Positions 11,902 through 24,500 of a DNA stretch of 64,000 nucleotides are shown here, piece by piece. The DNA lies in assembly GCA_964016885.1 (NCBI GenBank), contig OZ024742.1, positions 377,332,001-377,396,000 on the forward strand. The letters are read 5' to 3'. A program made the position numbers and the translations under genes. The DNA comes from Eledone cirrhosa. Its lineage: Eukaryota. Every line of letters starts with the position of its first letter. Position 1 is the stretch's first letter. The notes beneath the pieces are model-generated. The model was not told the origin of the DNA. It ran no database searches and saw only the letters and a program-made list of their open reading frames with translations.

Positions 11902-11946
11902 TTCTACTTTTGAAAAGCATAAGAACTGCGAAACCGGTAAAGGAAC
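11902..11946 (+). ncRNA. Minimal hammerhead ribozyme with U3-A8 core variant
   Basis: CTT-TTGAAAA-GCA..TGC-GAA-ACCGGT-A-AAG: helix I CTT/AAG, palindromic helix III, GUA triplet. Confidence 0.6.
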
Positions 11947-12219
11947 CAAATAAATATTCTTAAAAAGACTCCAGTTGCATTTTCGATTTCATCTTTTTTC
12001 CCTATATATATATATATATATTTATTTATTTAGGTTTGTTGGTTCACCACTGGATAGAACTGGTCATTCCGTATAGTCAATCTCGATGTAATATTATGGA
12101 GAGCAATCGACGCAATGCAACTCACTCGTCTTCGTTTGTGTTGGTGGTGGTGCGAGTACGGAGTTAATTATTGTAAAATACCAGGGGGCTGGACTGGTGT
12201 AATTTCTTAAAGGTTTATT

Positions 12220-12277
12220 ATACTATGATCATTTCAATGACCGGGTTTAATATGAATCCGGTGACATCATCAGGTAT
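12220..12277 (-). ncRNA. Minimal hammerhead ribozyme in a PLE-derived fragment (~12030-12310)
   Basis: Minus strand: ATAC-CTGATGA-TGTCACCGG..CCGGTCATT-GAA-ATGATCAT-A-GTAT. Confidence 0.72.
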
Positions 12278-12385
12278 TCGAAATATAACAAAGGAATATA
12301 ATAGACAAAATCCCTGGGGCCGCCCTCATGTCTCTACATGAGGGCGGCCGAACATTTAGCAGCTTCTAGCCCGGTCGGCCGCCCT

Positions 12386-12591
<206 letters not shown>

Positions 12592-12618
12592 AACAAAAGA
12601 TGGTTAAAAGAGTTCCAT

Positions 12619-12690
12619 GTATTTTATTATGCGCATTTCAAAAACAAATATCATCATGCAATAATATTTGTGTTTTCATCAGATAAAACA
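12619..12690 (-). ncRNA. Minimal hammerhead ribozyme
   Basis: Minus strand: TGTTTTAT-CTGATGA-AAACACAAATAT..ATATTTGTTTTT-GAA-ATGCGCAT-A-ATAAAATA. Confidence 0.8.
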
Positions 12691-13050
12691 GGAAGACATG
12701 ATATGAAGGTTAAAAAACACTTGTGGATAGTGCAGTTTTAAATCAACATATGAAAAGTAGTTTTAGATTGATGTGTGATATGTGATATTGGGAAAAATAT
12801 TTTATTTTGAGTGGGGGGGGGGAAGGATGAACAAGAGGAGGAGATGAGAGTAAAAAGTGGAGAGGGGGGAGTATAATGAGGAAGGATGAGATAGGAGGAG
12901 AGATGGGTGATAGAGAGAGATAGCTTTTATAACTGAGAAAGATATATTGTTTTACATAGAGAGGTTGAAAACCGTTGGAAGATAATGTATAAATTAAAAG
13001 AATTTGAAAATTAACGAAGAGAAAAATAATGTAAAGTTAAGGTTTGTATA

Positions 13051-13221
13051 TTGAAGGGTTTAATGATATGTGCGATGAGAAGAAAATGTTAATATGTATT
13101 AAGAATAATATTTAAGGGTTTAATAATATGTGCGATGGAAAGAAAAAGTTAATATGTATTAAGAATAATATTTAAGGGTTTAATAATATGTGCGATGGAA
13201 AGAAAATGTTGATATGTATTA
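13051..13221. repeat. 60-bp tandem repeat, ~2.8 copies, within PLE 3' region
   Basis: AAGGGTTTAATAATATGTGCGATGGAAAGAAAATGTTAATATGTATT recurs at 60-bp spacing. Confidence 0.9.
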
Positions 13222-14057
13222 TTAAAAAGAACAACAAGTAATTTAAGTAAGGTTATATTGTGAGATGAGCATGAATAAGTTAGATGAAAGGGAGAAAAGA
13301 ATAATGAATTGAGGATGAATAATCTAACGTCAAAAAAATGTTTATGTTTACGAAGGATTTTTACAAGTTGATATAGAGTAAGAATGTATTGTATTATGTA
13401 ATAATTGTTTCTATGTTAGGCAACAGTAAGAAAAGGTACAGATTAGGGGTTAGACATTAAAAGAAAAAGAGAAGAAAGGGAAGTGATAAATAGGAGCGAT
13501 ATAGAATGAGTAACAAGTATTATATAATGTATAATAAAAACTTTGAAATAAGGTAGAAAGATGGGTATATTTTTAAGAAGTATATATATATATATGTGCC
13601 TTTGAGAAAAAGATTCTAAATTGATAAAGTTTTGGATATTATCTGTATACTTTGTGGAATGTTTTGTGGAATTTATGCAAGCAGATAGAAAACAAGTCAG
13701 TGCGTCTATTTATTATAAAATCTAAATTGGATATAATGGTAAATTTTTCATTTAGACAGAGATTGCAAATCTTGGATAGAGAACTGTTCAAGTATGTAGA
13801 CGCAGAAGAAATCTTCTTCCAAAAGATGCTATATTTAATATTTTTGTCTTTCAGGGACCATATGAGTTCTGAGAGAGCCGTGTTGGTTCTTTTAAGTTTG
13901 TAATGCGCATACTTTTGAAATGCGCATAATAAAATACATGGAACTCTTTTAACCATCTTTTGTTTATATATTATGTATACTCCAGTCCTACAAACTGTAG
14001 AGTGCTTCTTATCCGATATCTGCATTGCTTTATTGTACTACAATAAAACTCACCTCC

Positions 14058-14060
<3 letters not shown>

Positions 14061-14147
<87 letters not shown>
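14061..14147. repeat. (TA)n microsatellite
   Basis: Direct reading. Confidence 0.96.
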
Positions 14148-14669
14148 CTTCAAAATGGCTGACTTATACCGTACTTTTTCTCGTATATAACTATGACAAA
14201 GCCACATTGATTTATTGACACGTACATAATGTAAATAAAAGCCATTGTTAAATGTTATACTACAGTTTTATTTATCATGGCCTGAATCTATAACTCTCAC
14301 AAAGTCATTCAACTGTACTATAGGGGAACAAATTTATAGGCATGTGACAATGTAAGATTCCGTTAGACCTTTGATGTCTACAAAACTAAAACTAAAAAAA
14401 AACAAAAAAACAAACAAACAACAACAACCTCAGCAGCTAATTTCCTTACAGATTTTAATGTAAATGCTACTAGAAAAATAGGAAAGAAGATATATGTTAT
14501 ATGTATCAACATTGAATATGAGTATAATTTCCATAGTATTTTTCCCTGGAAATATTAAACTTTTAGCTATATGATGCTATGATAATTTACGGCGCAAAAC
14601 TCATTCAGAGATAACAAAAGAAATACCCCAACATGTTAATATCTCCTCAAATATTCTATTCTAGAATAG

Positions 14670-14860
14670 TCTAAAGTCAGTCTCAAGTTCGGAGACTCAT
14701 CAGGCCAGTGCTTATTCCGGTTTCCGTGAGGTGGGACGACTGAGAGTACATGACTCCCCTCCTGGATAGGACGCCAGTCCATCAAAGGGTTAAACCTCCA
14801 GCTATTGCTGGTACTTATTTTCAGCTGTGTATACTGGAGCAACGTGAAATGAAGTGTTCT
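14670..14860 (-). mobile_element. 5'-truncated SINE (CORE-like body plus tail)
   Basis: Minus strand: ACACTTCATTTCACGTTGCTCCAGT...GATGGACTGGCGTCCTATCCAGG...GGAAACCGGAATAAGCACTGGCCTGATG, a typical invertebrate tRNA-SINE body and tail. Confidence 0.75.
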
Positions 14861-15086
14861 TCTTTAACTCTTCTATTAATATTACAACATAAATAATTCA
14901 GCTAACTTTATTTTGATGGACTGCTCATTTCACCTCTGGATATAAACATTTGTTTACATCACATAAACAAATTTCGTGAAAATACTTAAATTAATAGACG
15001 TAAGATTTAATTTTCTGTCTACGTAAACGACATTTCTGATTATATAATTTAACAAATTTTGTTACTCAAATTTGCGCATACGTAAC

Positions 15087-15119
<33 letters not shown>

Positions 15120-15292
15120 TATATATATATATGTGTGTGTATGTGTGTGTGGGTGTGGGTGTATACGCACAGACATATAGATGCATGCATACAAATATAC
15201 ATACACATATACTTATATAGATATAAGTATATATAATACACACACATACATATATATATGTATATATACGTATATATATATATATGCATAAC

Positions 15293-15325
<33 letters not shown>

Positions 15326-15328
15326 ATA

Positions 15329-15540
15329 GGAACAAGTATGACCTCGACGGCAGAGCTCAAGCCGTTTCGACGGCTAATTCTCGCAAATTCTGGACTCATA
15401 TTGAGTCCAGAATTAGCCGTCGAAACGGCTAGAGTTCTGCCGTCGGGGTCATACTTGTTCCTATTACCCACTCTACTACCCTAAGTATTGAGTACTTTGG
15501 TGCGTTATGGTCCATCTGGTTCCTTACCACATTTCCTTCG

Positions 15541-15542
<2 letters not shown>
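15329..15542 (+). mobile_element. Non-autonomous fold-back element in (TA)n (133-bp hairpin plus 80-bp tail), probably PLE pLTR-derived
   Basis: 15329-15461 is a near-perfect palindrome centred on GGACTCATATTGAGTCC. A related deleted copy is at 20101-20211. Confidence 0.7.
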
Positions 15543-15620
<78 letters not shown>

Positions 15621-15750
15621 GTAAAGGTGCAATTGGATTGCGTTCACAGGCGGTATGCCTAGATGAACACTCGATACTACTGGGGAGTAGGGTAGTGATA
15701 ATAATAATTAGGGAACAAAGAATCGGTGTTGCATCATATATATATTTAAT

Positions 15751-15843
15751 CACATATTACATATGTTTCACTGCCGATCAGCTCGAGAAACAGTCGATTA
15801 TGTTCGCTCCTGACTCTGGAATCGAAAGCTCCTTAGATATGTG
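15751..15843 (-). ncRNA. Degenerate hammerhead ribozyme
   Basis: Minus strand: CACATAT-CTAAGGA-long helix II-GAA-ACATATGT-A-ATATGTG; 7-bp helix I, core G5>A. Confidence 0.6.
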
Positions 15844-15907
15844 TTTTCACATGTATATATATATAATATATTAATAAATGGAAACTATATTTATAAAACC
15901 ATATTTA

Positions 15908-15970
15908 TTTTATTATACATATCTCAAGGGCAACCAAGGCAAATTATGGTGCGCTTTCATCAGATAAAAC
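15908..15970 (-). ncRNA. Degenerate hammerhead ribozyme
   Basis: Minus strand: TTTTAT-CTGATGA-AAG..CTT-GAGA(TATGTA)TA-ATAAAA; GAAA mutated to GAGA; 5' part matches the 12690 HHR. Confidence 0.6.
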
Positions 15971-16105
15971 ACAGATTTGGTTTATAAATAAATATTGACA
16001 TACCCGAAAAAAAAGACAACCTTAACGGTTGGAAACTGTTGAGTGCTTTATATCAGTTATAACATGTTTAAGCTTGTTGAATCCCAACAAATTAAATATA
16101 ACCTC

Positions 16106-16153
<48 letters not shown>

Positions 16154-16333
16154 CGAGTCCGGGAACCTTATAGGCACCCGTTTTACGTGTGTTGTGTTGA
16201 GGTAAATAACTATGTGTATACTTTGGTAATATATCTTACATTGCCCATTGAGTGCGCTGAGATACAACTGGTACTGGCATTGATAAATATGCTGGGTCCG
16301 TCAACCCTTATTATATATATATATATATATATA

Positions 16334-16503
16334 AGTAGCAGCACAACAGTTAGTTCACCACACCGAGAACAATTGTTTCACTTTATGCTCGGGCTGAAGA
16401 TCCGCATAATGTGAAACAATTGTTCTCGGTTGTGTTACTACTCCTACCAAACTCGTCCCATGGACTGAGTGCTCTATGGATATTACCTTCCAGTATTCCA
16501 CTT
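16334..16503 (+). mobile_element. PLE-type fold-back fragment containing HHR (16389-16429) preceded by an inverted copy of its 3' half
   Basis: TCGGG-CTGAAGA-..-GAA-ACAATTGT-T-CTCGG. Arms 16362-16388 and 16404-16430 are complementary, with outer arms 16334-16347 and 16429-16442. Confidence 0.65.
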
Positions 16504-16525
16504 CTCTCTCTCTCCCTCTCTATCT

Positions 16526-16611
<86 letters not shown>

Positions 16612-16612
16612 A

Positions 16613-16780
16613 CAGTATTTCCCAGCGTCGAAGACGCTACTTTTTTCCTAAAATAAGTCTAAAAACTCTACCATGCGTCCTGGACACCGAAGGTTGTTTG
16701 TTATTTTTTTTCAAATTTTTGGTTGTCAAAAAAAGGGTGCGTCCTCGAGGACGAAGCGTCTTCGGCGCCGGGAAATACGG
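16613..16780. mobile_element. Tc1/mariner (pogo/Tc2-like) MITE
   Basis: 25-bp imperfect TIRs CAGTATTTCCCAGCGTCGAAGACGC / GCGTCTTCGGCGCCGGGAAATACGG, flanked by TA. Confidence 0.85.
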
Positions 16781-16962
16781 TATATGATGGTTGAATCAAA
16801 CTGCTTGACTTGACGACTATGTATGCGACTATGTAACTAAAGAGTTAAAAGAACAAATAGAAGATTATATATTATTAGGAATTGAGAGACAAAGAAATAA
16901 GTCATCTAAATAACGTCAAAACTGGAAAACGTATTTCCCATATCTTCTCGCTTGATGATATA

Positions 16963-17153
16963 CGGGTGAAAGGGTCATAGGCTGACTATGAAGGAGTAAT
17001 GCTAGGGCTGTGAAATCTTGCATACATTGATTTCAACTCTTATTAATAACTTCATTGTTTCTTTCCCGCGACTATATTGAAAAATAAACCTCATTTGGTC
17101 ATTCCATGAGAGTATCTTGGTCAGCCTATGAACCTTTCATAGGCTGACCTCGT
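16963..17153. mobile_element. Mariner-like MITE, decayed
   Basis: TIRs TGAAAGGGTCATAGGCTGAC / GTCAGCCTATGAACCTTTCA, with TACG..CGT ends. Confidence 0.7.
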
Positions 17154-17255
17154 TTATACAACGTAGTAAGTTTCCTAAATATATGGAGAGAAGGTTTTTT
17201 GTAATATCCTCTGTATAGGTTACAGTCACACATACTCATACACACTGAAACCTAT

Positions 17256-17328
17256 TACATGCACACAAATACGCACGCATAAACACAGCCACAGGCTTGT
17301 AAACGCGCACACACACACGCACCCACAT

Positions 17329-17365
<37 letters not shown>

Positions 17366-17520
17366 CCTATATGTATATGTATATTTGTGTGTGTATGTTT
17401 GCGCAATAGTATTTATCTGAATAAGGTGCAACAACTTCCTAAATATATATATATATATATACACATATGTACTCACATCCAGCCACCCACACACATACAA
17501 ACACACACATATACACACGT

Positions 17521-17615
<95 letters not shown>

Positions 17616-17787
17616 CATATGTACTCACACCCACCTATACACACACATATACACACATATATATATATATATACATATGTACTCACACCCACCTATACAC
17701 ACACACATACACACATATATATATATATACATATGTACTCACACCCACAAAACACACACACACACACACACATACACACATACACAT

Positions 17788-17820
<33 letters not shown>
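17256..17820. repeat. Compound (CA)n/(TA)n tract with repeated unit CATATGTACTCACAC(C)CAC
   Basis: Unit at ~17464, 17616, 17674 and 17730. Confidence 0.85.
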
Positions 17821-17821
<1 letters not shown>

Positions 17822-18107
17822 ACATTCACGCATATTTTCGGACGTCATGTAAATCATGTAAATATGTCAGCAGATTCCCAATGGAGAGTGTCCCGACATC
17901 TTTCATATTCTGTACATTCTTCTGAAGGACCAATAAACGGTCCAGAAATATTCTGTAATTCCTGCTCGGCCACTAGCAGTAATTTAAACCTCACGATGTC
18001 CCAATAAAATATATCTTTACAATGAAAGAGCACAAGAGGTAAATGTACTTCCCTGTAATTCGGTGAACAATTGGCCGACCTATGTTTTGGAGAAAATATC
18101 AATAGAA

Positions 18108-18964
<857 letters not shown>

Positions 18965-18999
18965 TTGAAAATTGCAAACTTGACTGTCACCACACAATA

Positions 19000-19038
19000 T
19001 GAACCTGAAGATTGCGAAAGCATGAAAGTACTTGTTCA
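19000..19038 (+). ncRNA. Compact minimal hammerhead ribozyme in a TA-flanked fragment (18961-19190)
   Basis: TGAAC-CTGAAGA-TTGC(GAAA)GCAT-GAA-AGTACT-T-GTTCA. Confidence 0.75.
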
Positions 19039-19196
19039 ATTAACACTTAACATTTAATATTCTACCATACTATTTCATTCTAATACCATTATACATTTTA
19101 AAGGATTGTAAATAAAATGAGTAAATCAGACAAAGTTGGAATTCCTTTTATTAACATAATCTTCTATACACAATCATACACACCCGTGTATATTTA

Positions 19197-19248
<52 letters not shown>

Positions 19249-19249
19249 G

Positions 19250-19320
<71 letters not shown>

Positions 19321-19395
19321 TGAGAGAGAGAGAGAGAGTGAGACAATAAGAAAAAGCGAAGTAGTTTTAGATGTTAAAGTCCTTCAATGACAATC

Positions 19396-19469
19396 CTGTG
19401 ATATATATTTCAATGACGACAGTGGCCACACGCTGCGGTGTACCCAGTGCCGTGACATCATCAGACAGC
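19396..19469 (-). ncRNA. Hammerhead ribozyme (left arm)
   Basis: Minus strand: CTGT-CTGATGA-helix II-GAA-ATATATAT-C-ACAG. Confidence 0.78.
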
Positions 19470-19840
19470 TTCTTACATAATAAGGTAATGTTCCCGAGGT
19501 AATCCAAATTGAATCGACAAGGGAACGGACAAGGCGTGTGTTCTTGAATCCTTCGCCAACGGCCAGTGGCAGGGCGACTAGCAGCAAACTATAACCTTGT
19601 CATATTACAGACTTGGATGGGGTGATTGTTTGGTTGAGAGGGGGACCTGCCTAGGCGGGTTTCATAGAACTTTGGGGTTGTTGATGGTCCACTTCCTTCG
19701 GACTTGCGCCTGCGCAGACCGGTGGATGTGAATTGGGACTCACAAGGGAACGAGCGAAGGATTCAAGAACACACGCCTTGTCCGTTCCCTTGTCGATTCA
19801 ATTTGGATTACCTCGGGAACATTACCTTATTGTGTAAGAA

Positions 19841-19915
19841 GCTGTCTGATGATGTCACGGCACTGGGTACACCGCAGCGTCTGGCCACTGTCGTCATTGA
19901 AATATGTATCACAGC
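19841..19915 (+). ncRNA. Hammerhead ribozyme (right arm)
   Basis: GCTGT-CTGATGA-TGTCACGGCACTGG..CCACTGTCGTCATT-GAA-ATATGTAT-C-ACAGC. Confidence 0.8.
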
Positions 19916-20042
19916 ATTATGATTAAAGGACTTTAACATCAGAAACTACTTCGCTTTTTTTATTCGATATATACTCCGTCACTCCTATGTGGAAAAAAGT
20001 ACGTTGAGTGCTTGACTGGAATTGCATCAATATTTACCTTGA

Positions 20043-20100
<58 letters not shown>

Positions 20101-20102
<2 letters not shown>

Positions 20103-20209
20103 CGAAGGAAATGTGGTAAGGAACCAGGTGGACCATAACGCACCAAAGTACTCAATACTTAGGGTAGTAGAGTGGGTAATAGGAACAAGCCGTCGGGGTC
20201 TTACTTGTT

Positions 20210-20211
<2 letters not shown>
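20101..20211 (-). mobile_element. Second, internally deleted copy of the 15329-15542 fold-back element
   Basis: 20101-20189 is the reverse complement of 15454-15542, followed by CCGTCGGGGTCTTACTTGTTCC; (TA)n on both sides. Confidence 0.85.
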
Positions 20212-20254
<43 letters not shown>

Positions 20255-20295
20255 AAGAGGTATAAGTCAACATTTGATAATTTACTTCTTCCATT

Positions 20296-20531
<236 letters not shown>

Positions 20532-20767
20532 TTAGAAAGAGTCAGGCACTACCTGAAAAACATCCATCATACACTTTAAGGAACAGAAAAAAGCTGTAAA
20601 GTATAAATATAATATATGAAGATCAATTACTGATTAGCATAGTCATAACAAAGTAATACAGATCGATATCTGGCCTTGTCTCTTCTCCTCCACATTTCAG
20701 GGGTTAGGGGACCATGGATAATTGCACCAATGTTCACCTATATGATAATGATAATAATAATAATAAT

Positions 20768-20945
20768 TGTTTCTTCTTTTGGCACAAGTAAATACCCAGT
20801 GTATTACTGGTACTTTATTATATCGACCCCGTAAGGATGAAAGGCAAAGTTAACCTCGGCGGGATCTGAACTCAGAATAGCAAGGGCCGTAACTCTATAC
20901 GTTAAAGCATGGCGTCCGACCCTCTACCGATACTGCCAATCCCGG
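20768..20945 (-). mobile_element. tRNA-derived SINE (Nin-like domain; resembles abundant octopus SINEs) with (ATT)n tail
   Basis: Minus strand: B-box-like GAGTTCAGATCC, then TTTGCCTTTCATCCTTACGGGGTCGATA..AGTACCAG; (TAA)n at 20752-20767. Confidence 0.78.
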
Positions 20946-21105
20946 ATAATGATGAAATTATTGTGTACAGTGCTCAGGTGCACTACAACTCATTAAAGGT
21001 GCATGTATAGTACATAGAATAATGTACAACTGTCAGGGAAGTGAATAGTGTATGAGTCATGATATACATGTGTGTATGGAGGGGGAATATCAGGTGTAGT
21101 GTTGC
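20946..21105 (-). mobile_element. Probable LINE 3'-UTR fragment
   Basis: Minus strand ends GTGCACCTGAGCACTGTACACAATAATTTCATCATTAT (hairpin plus ATT-like tail). Resembles a recalled octopus LINE 3' end; not verified. Confidence 0.4.
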
Positions 21106-21569
21106 TATGATACTGTATATCCATGGTTCTCATCAGGAAATACTTGAAGTTGTTAGGTCCATAATCCTCGTCTGATCCTTACTCTGAAGCTGGCTACCAA
21201 ACCGCAGCTCATACACCTTCATCACACATCAGAACCTGTTGGCCACTCGAAAGGGTGTCATTCTGGTGCCAAAGGAGCCCTATCTAATTTTGAAATCAGA
21301 ATGATACTTCTAGATAAACTGCCAACTAAGGATATTAAGCTTTCTCTATCCTTTATATGAAGAGGTAGGCGTAATGTGGACGTTGACTCTCCTGAGTTAC
21401 TCTACCACTGGTGAGCTGTTAAAAAATCGCCCTCGTCACCAAACAAGCTTGGTAGGCTTGCCTGTTTAGTTGTTGAGAATTCGACCAAGTGACAGGTTGT
21501 ACTGGCTTACATGTTACCAGTAGTGTTCGAGAGCGACCTAACTGATCGTCATAAACATAGTTGAATCAT

Positions 21570-24500
21570 GATCAACATTGTCATAACCAATCAATACTGA
21601 TCAATATAATCTTAACTATATATTACTGATCAACAGCTGTAAATAAATTATATATCATCAGAACTGTAACTATATATTATATTATATATCACCATAACTG
21701 TAACTATATATTATAAATCAACATAACTGTAATTATATATTATATTATATATCAACATAACTGTAACTATATATTATATTATATTATATATCAACATAAC
21801 TGTAACTATATATTATATATCAACATAACTGTAACTATATATTATATTATATATCAACATAACTGTAACTATATATTATATTATATATCAACATAACTGT
21901 AACCATATATTATATATCAACATAACTGTAACTATATATTATATATCAACTTAACTGTAACTATATATTATATATCATCATAACTGTAACTATATATTAT
22001 ATTATATATCAACATAACAGTAACTATATATTATATATAAACATAACTGTAACTAGATATAATATATCAACATAACTGTAACTATATATTATATTATATA
22101 TCAACATAACTGTAACCATATATTATATTATATATCAACATAACTGTAACTATACATTATATATCAACATAGCTGTAACTATATATTATATATCAACATA
22201 ACTGAAACAATATATTATAATATATATCAACATAAATGTAACTATATATTATATATCAACTTAAATGTAACAATATATTATATATGAACATAACTGTAAC
22301 CCTATATTATATTATATATCAACATAACTGTAACTATATATTATATTATATATCAACATAACTGTAACTATATATTATATATCAACATAACTGTAACTAT
22401 ATAATAGATATCAACATAACTGTAACTATATATTATATTATATATCAACATAACTGTAACTATATATTATACATCAACATAACTGTAACTATATATTATA
22501 TATCAACATAGCTGAAACTATATATTATATATCAACATAACTGTAACTATATATTATATTATATATCAACATAACTGTAACTATATATTATATTATATTA
22601 TATATCAACATAACTGTAACTATATATTATACTATATATCAACATAACTGTAACTATATATTATATTATATATCAACATAACTGTAAATATATATTATAT
22701 TATATATCAACATAACTGTAACTATATATTATATATCAACATAACTGTAACTATATATTATATATCAACATAACTGTAACTATATATTATATATCAACAT
22801 AACTGTAACTATATATTATATTATATATCAACATAACTGTAACTATATATTAGATTATATATCAACATAACTGTAACTATATATTATATTATATATCAAC
22901 ATAACTGTAATCATATATTATATATCAACATAATTGTAACTATATATCATATATCAACATAACTGTAACTATATATTATATATCAACATAACTGTAACTA
23001 TATATTATATTATATATCAACATAACTGTAACTATATATTATATTATATATCAACATAACTGTAACCATATATTATATATCAACATAACTGTAACTATAT
23101 ATTATATATCAACTTAACTGTAACTATATATTATATATCAACATAACTGTAATTATATATTATATTATATATCAACATAACTGTAACTATATATTATATA
23201 TAAACATAACTGTAACTAGATATAATATATCAACATAACTGTAACTATATATCATATTATATATCAACATAACTGTAACCATATATTATATATCAACATA
23301 ACTGTAACTATATATTATATATCAACTTAACTGTAACTATATATTATATATCATCATAACTGTAACTATATATTATATTATATATCAACATAACAGTAAC
23401 TATATATTATATATAAACATAACTGTAACTAGATATAATATATCAACATAACTGTAACTATATATTATATTATATATCAACATAACTGTAACCATATATT
23501 ATATTATATATCAACATAACTGTAACTATATATTATATATCAACATAGCTGTAACTATATATTATATATCAACATAACTGTAACAATATATTATAATATA
23601 TATCAACATAAATGTAACTATATATTATATATCAACTTAAATGTAACTATATATTATATATGAACATAACTGTAACCCTATATTATATTATATATCAACA
23701 TAACTGTAACTATATATTATATTATATATCAACATAACTGTAACTATATATTATATATCAACATAACTGTAACTATATAATAGATATCAACATAACTGTA
23801 ACTATATATTATATTATATATCTACATAACTGTAACTATATATTATACATCAACATAACTGTAACTATATATTATATATCAACATAGCTGAAACTATATA
23901 TTATATATCAACATAACTGTAACTATATATTATATTATATATCAACATAACTGCAACTATATATTATATTATATATCAACATAACTGTAACTATATAATA
24001 TATATCAACTTAACTGTAACTATATATTATATATCAACATAACTGTAACTATATATTATACTATATATCAACATAACTGTAACTATATATTATATTATAT
24101 ATCAACATAACTGTAAATATATATTATATTATATATCAACATAACTGTAACTATATATTATATATCAACATAACTGTAAGTATATATTATATATCAACAT
24201 AATTGTAACTATATATTATATATCAATATAACTGTAACTATATATTATATTATATATCAACATAACTGTAACTATATATTATATATCAACATAACTGTAA
24301 CTATGTATTATATATCAACATAATTGTAACTATATATTATATATCAACTTAACTGTAACTATATATTACATATCAACATAACTGTAACTATATATTATAT
24401 TATATATCAACATAACTGTAACTATATATTATATATCAACATAACTGTAACTATATATTATATATCAACATAACTGTAACTATATATTATATATCAACAT

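Larger units (their letters stand above)
10516..12002 (+). mobile_element. Penelope-like element, 5'-truncated: Cys-linker + GIY-YIG endonuclease, long 3' region/pLTR (Neptune-like)
   Basis: KKCGRSNCGTC linker. After a frameshift near 10615: FTCSSKHLIYAIKCKGCNEDYIGQT..LRNRMTVH...KENMFIQKYRPALN (stop at 10950). Ends after an HHR motif; (TA)n on both sides. Confidence 0.88.
19345..20043. mobile_element. PLE-derived element with ~210-bp inverted pLTR arms (19345-19556 / 19754-19964) and an asymmetric tail
   Basis: Arms are near-perfect reverse complements and each carries an HHR; flanked by (GA)n and (TA)n. Confidence 0.8.

Noticed and set aside
14676-14705. CTGATGA-GTCTC..GAGAC on the minus strand as a hammerhead
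   Set aside because: Helix is followed by TGAC, not GAAA, and there is no helix I or III. It is a SINE tail hairpin.
14896-15005. Possible host exon (TTCAG...GTAAGA)
   Set aside because: Stop codons in all three + frames and no other evidence.
17911-17958. CTGAA-GGACC..GGTCC-AGAAATATTC hammerhead-like motif
   Set aside because: Core spacing is wrong and helix I is displaced; at best a decayed relic, so not listed as a feature.
21110-21540. Non-repetitive-looking segment before the satellite
   Set aside because: No ORF in the track and no recognisable motif; left unassigned.
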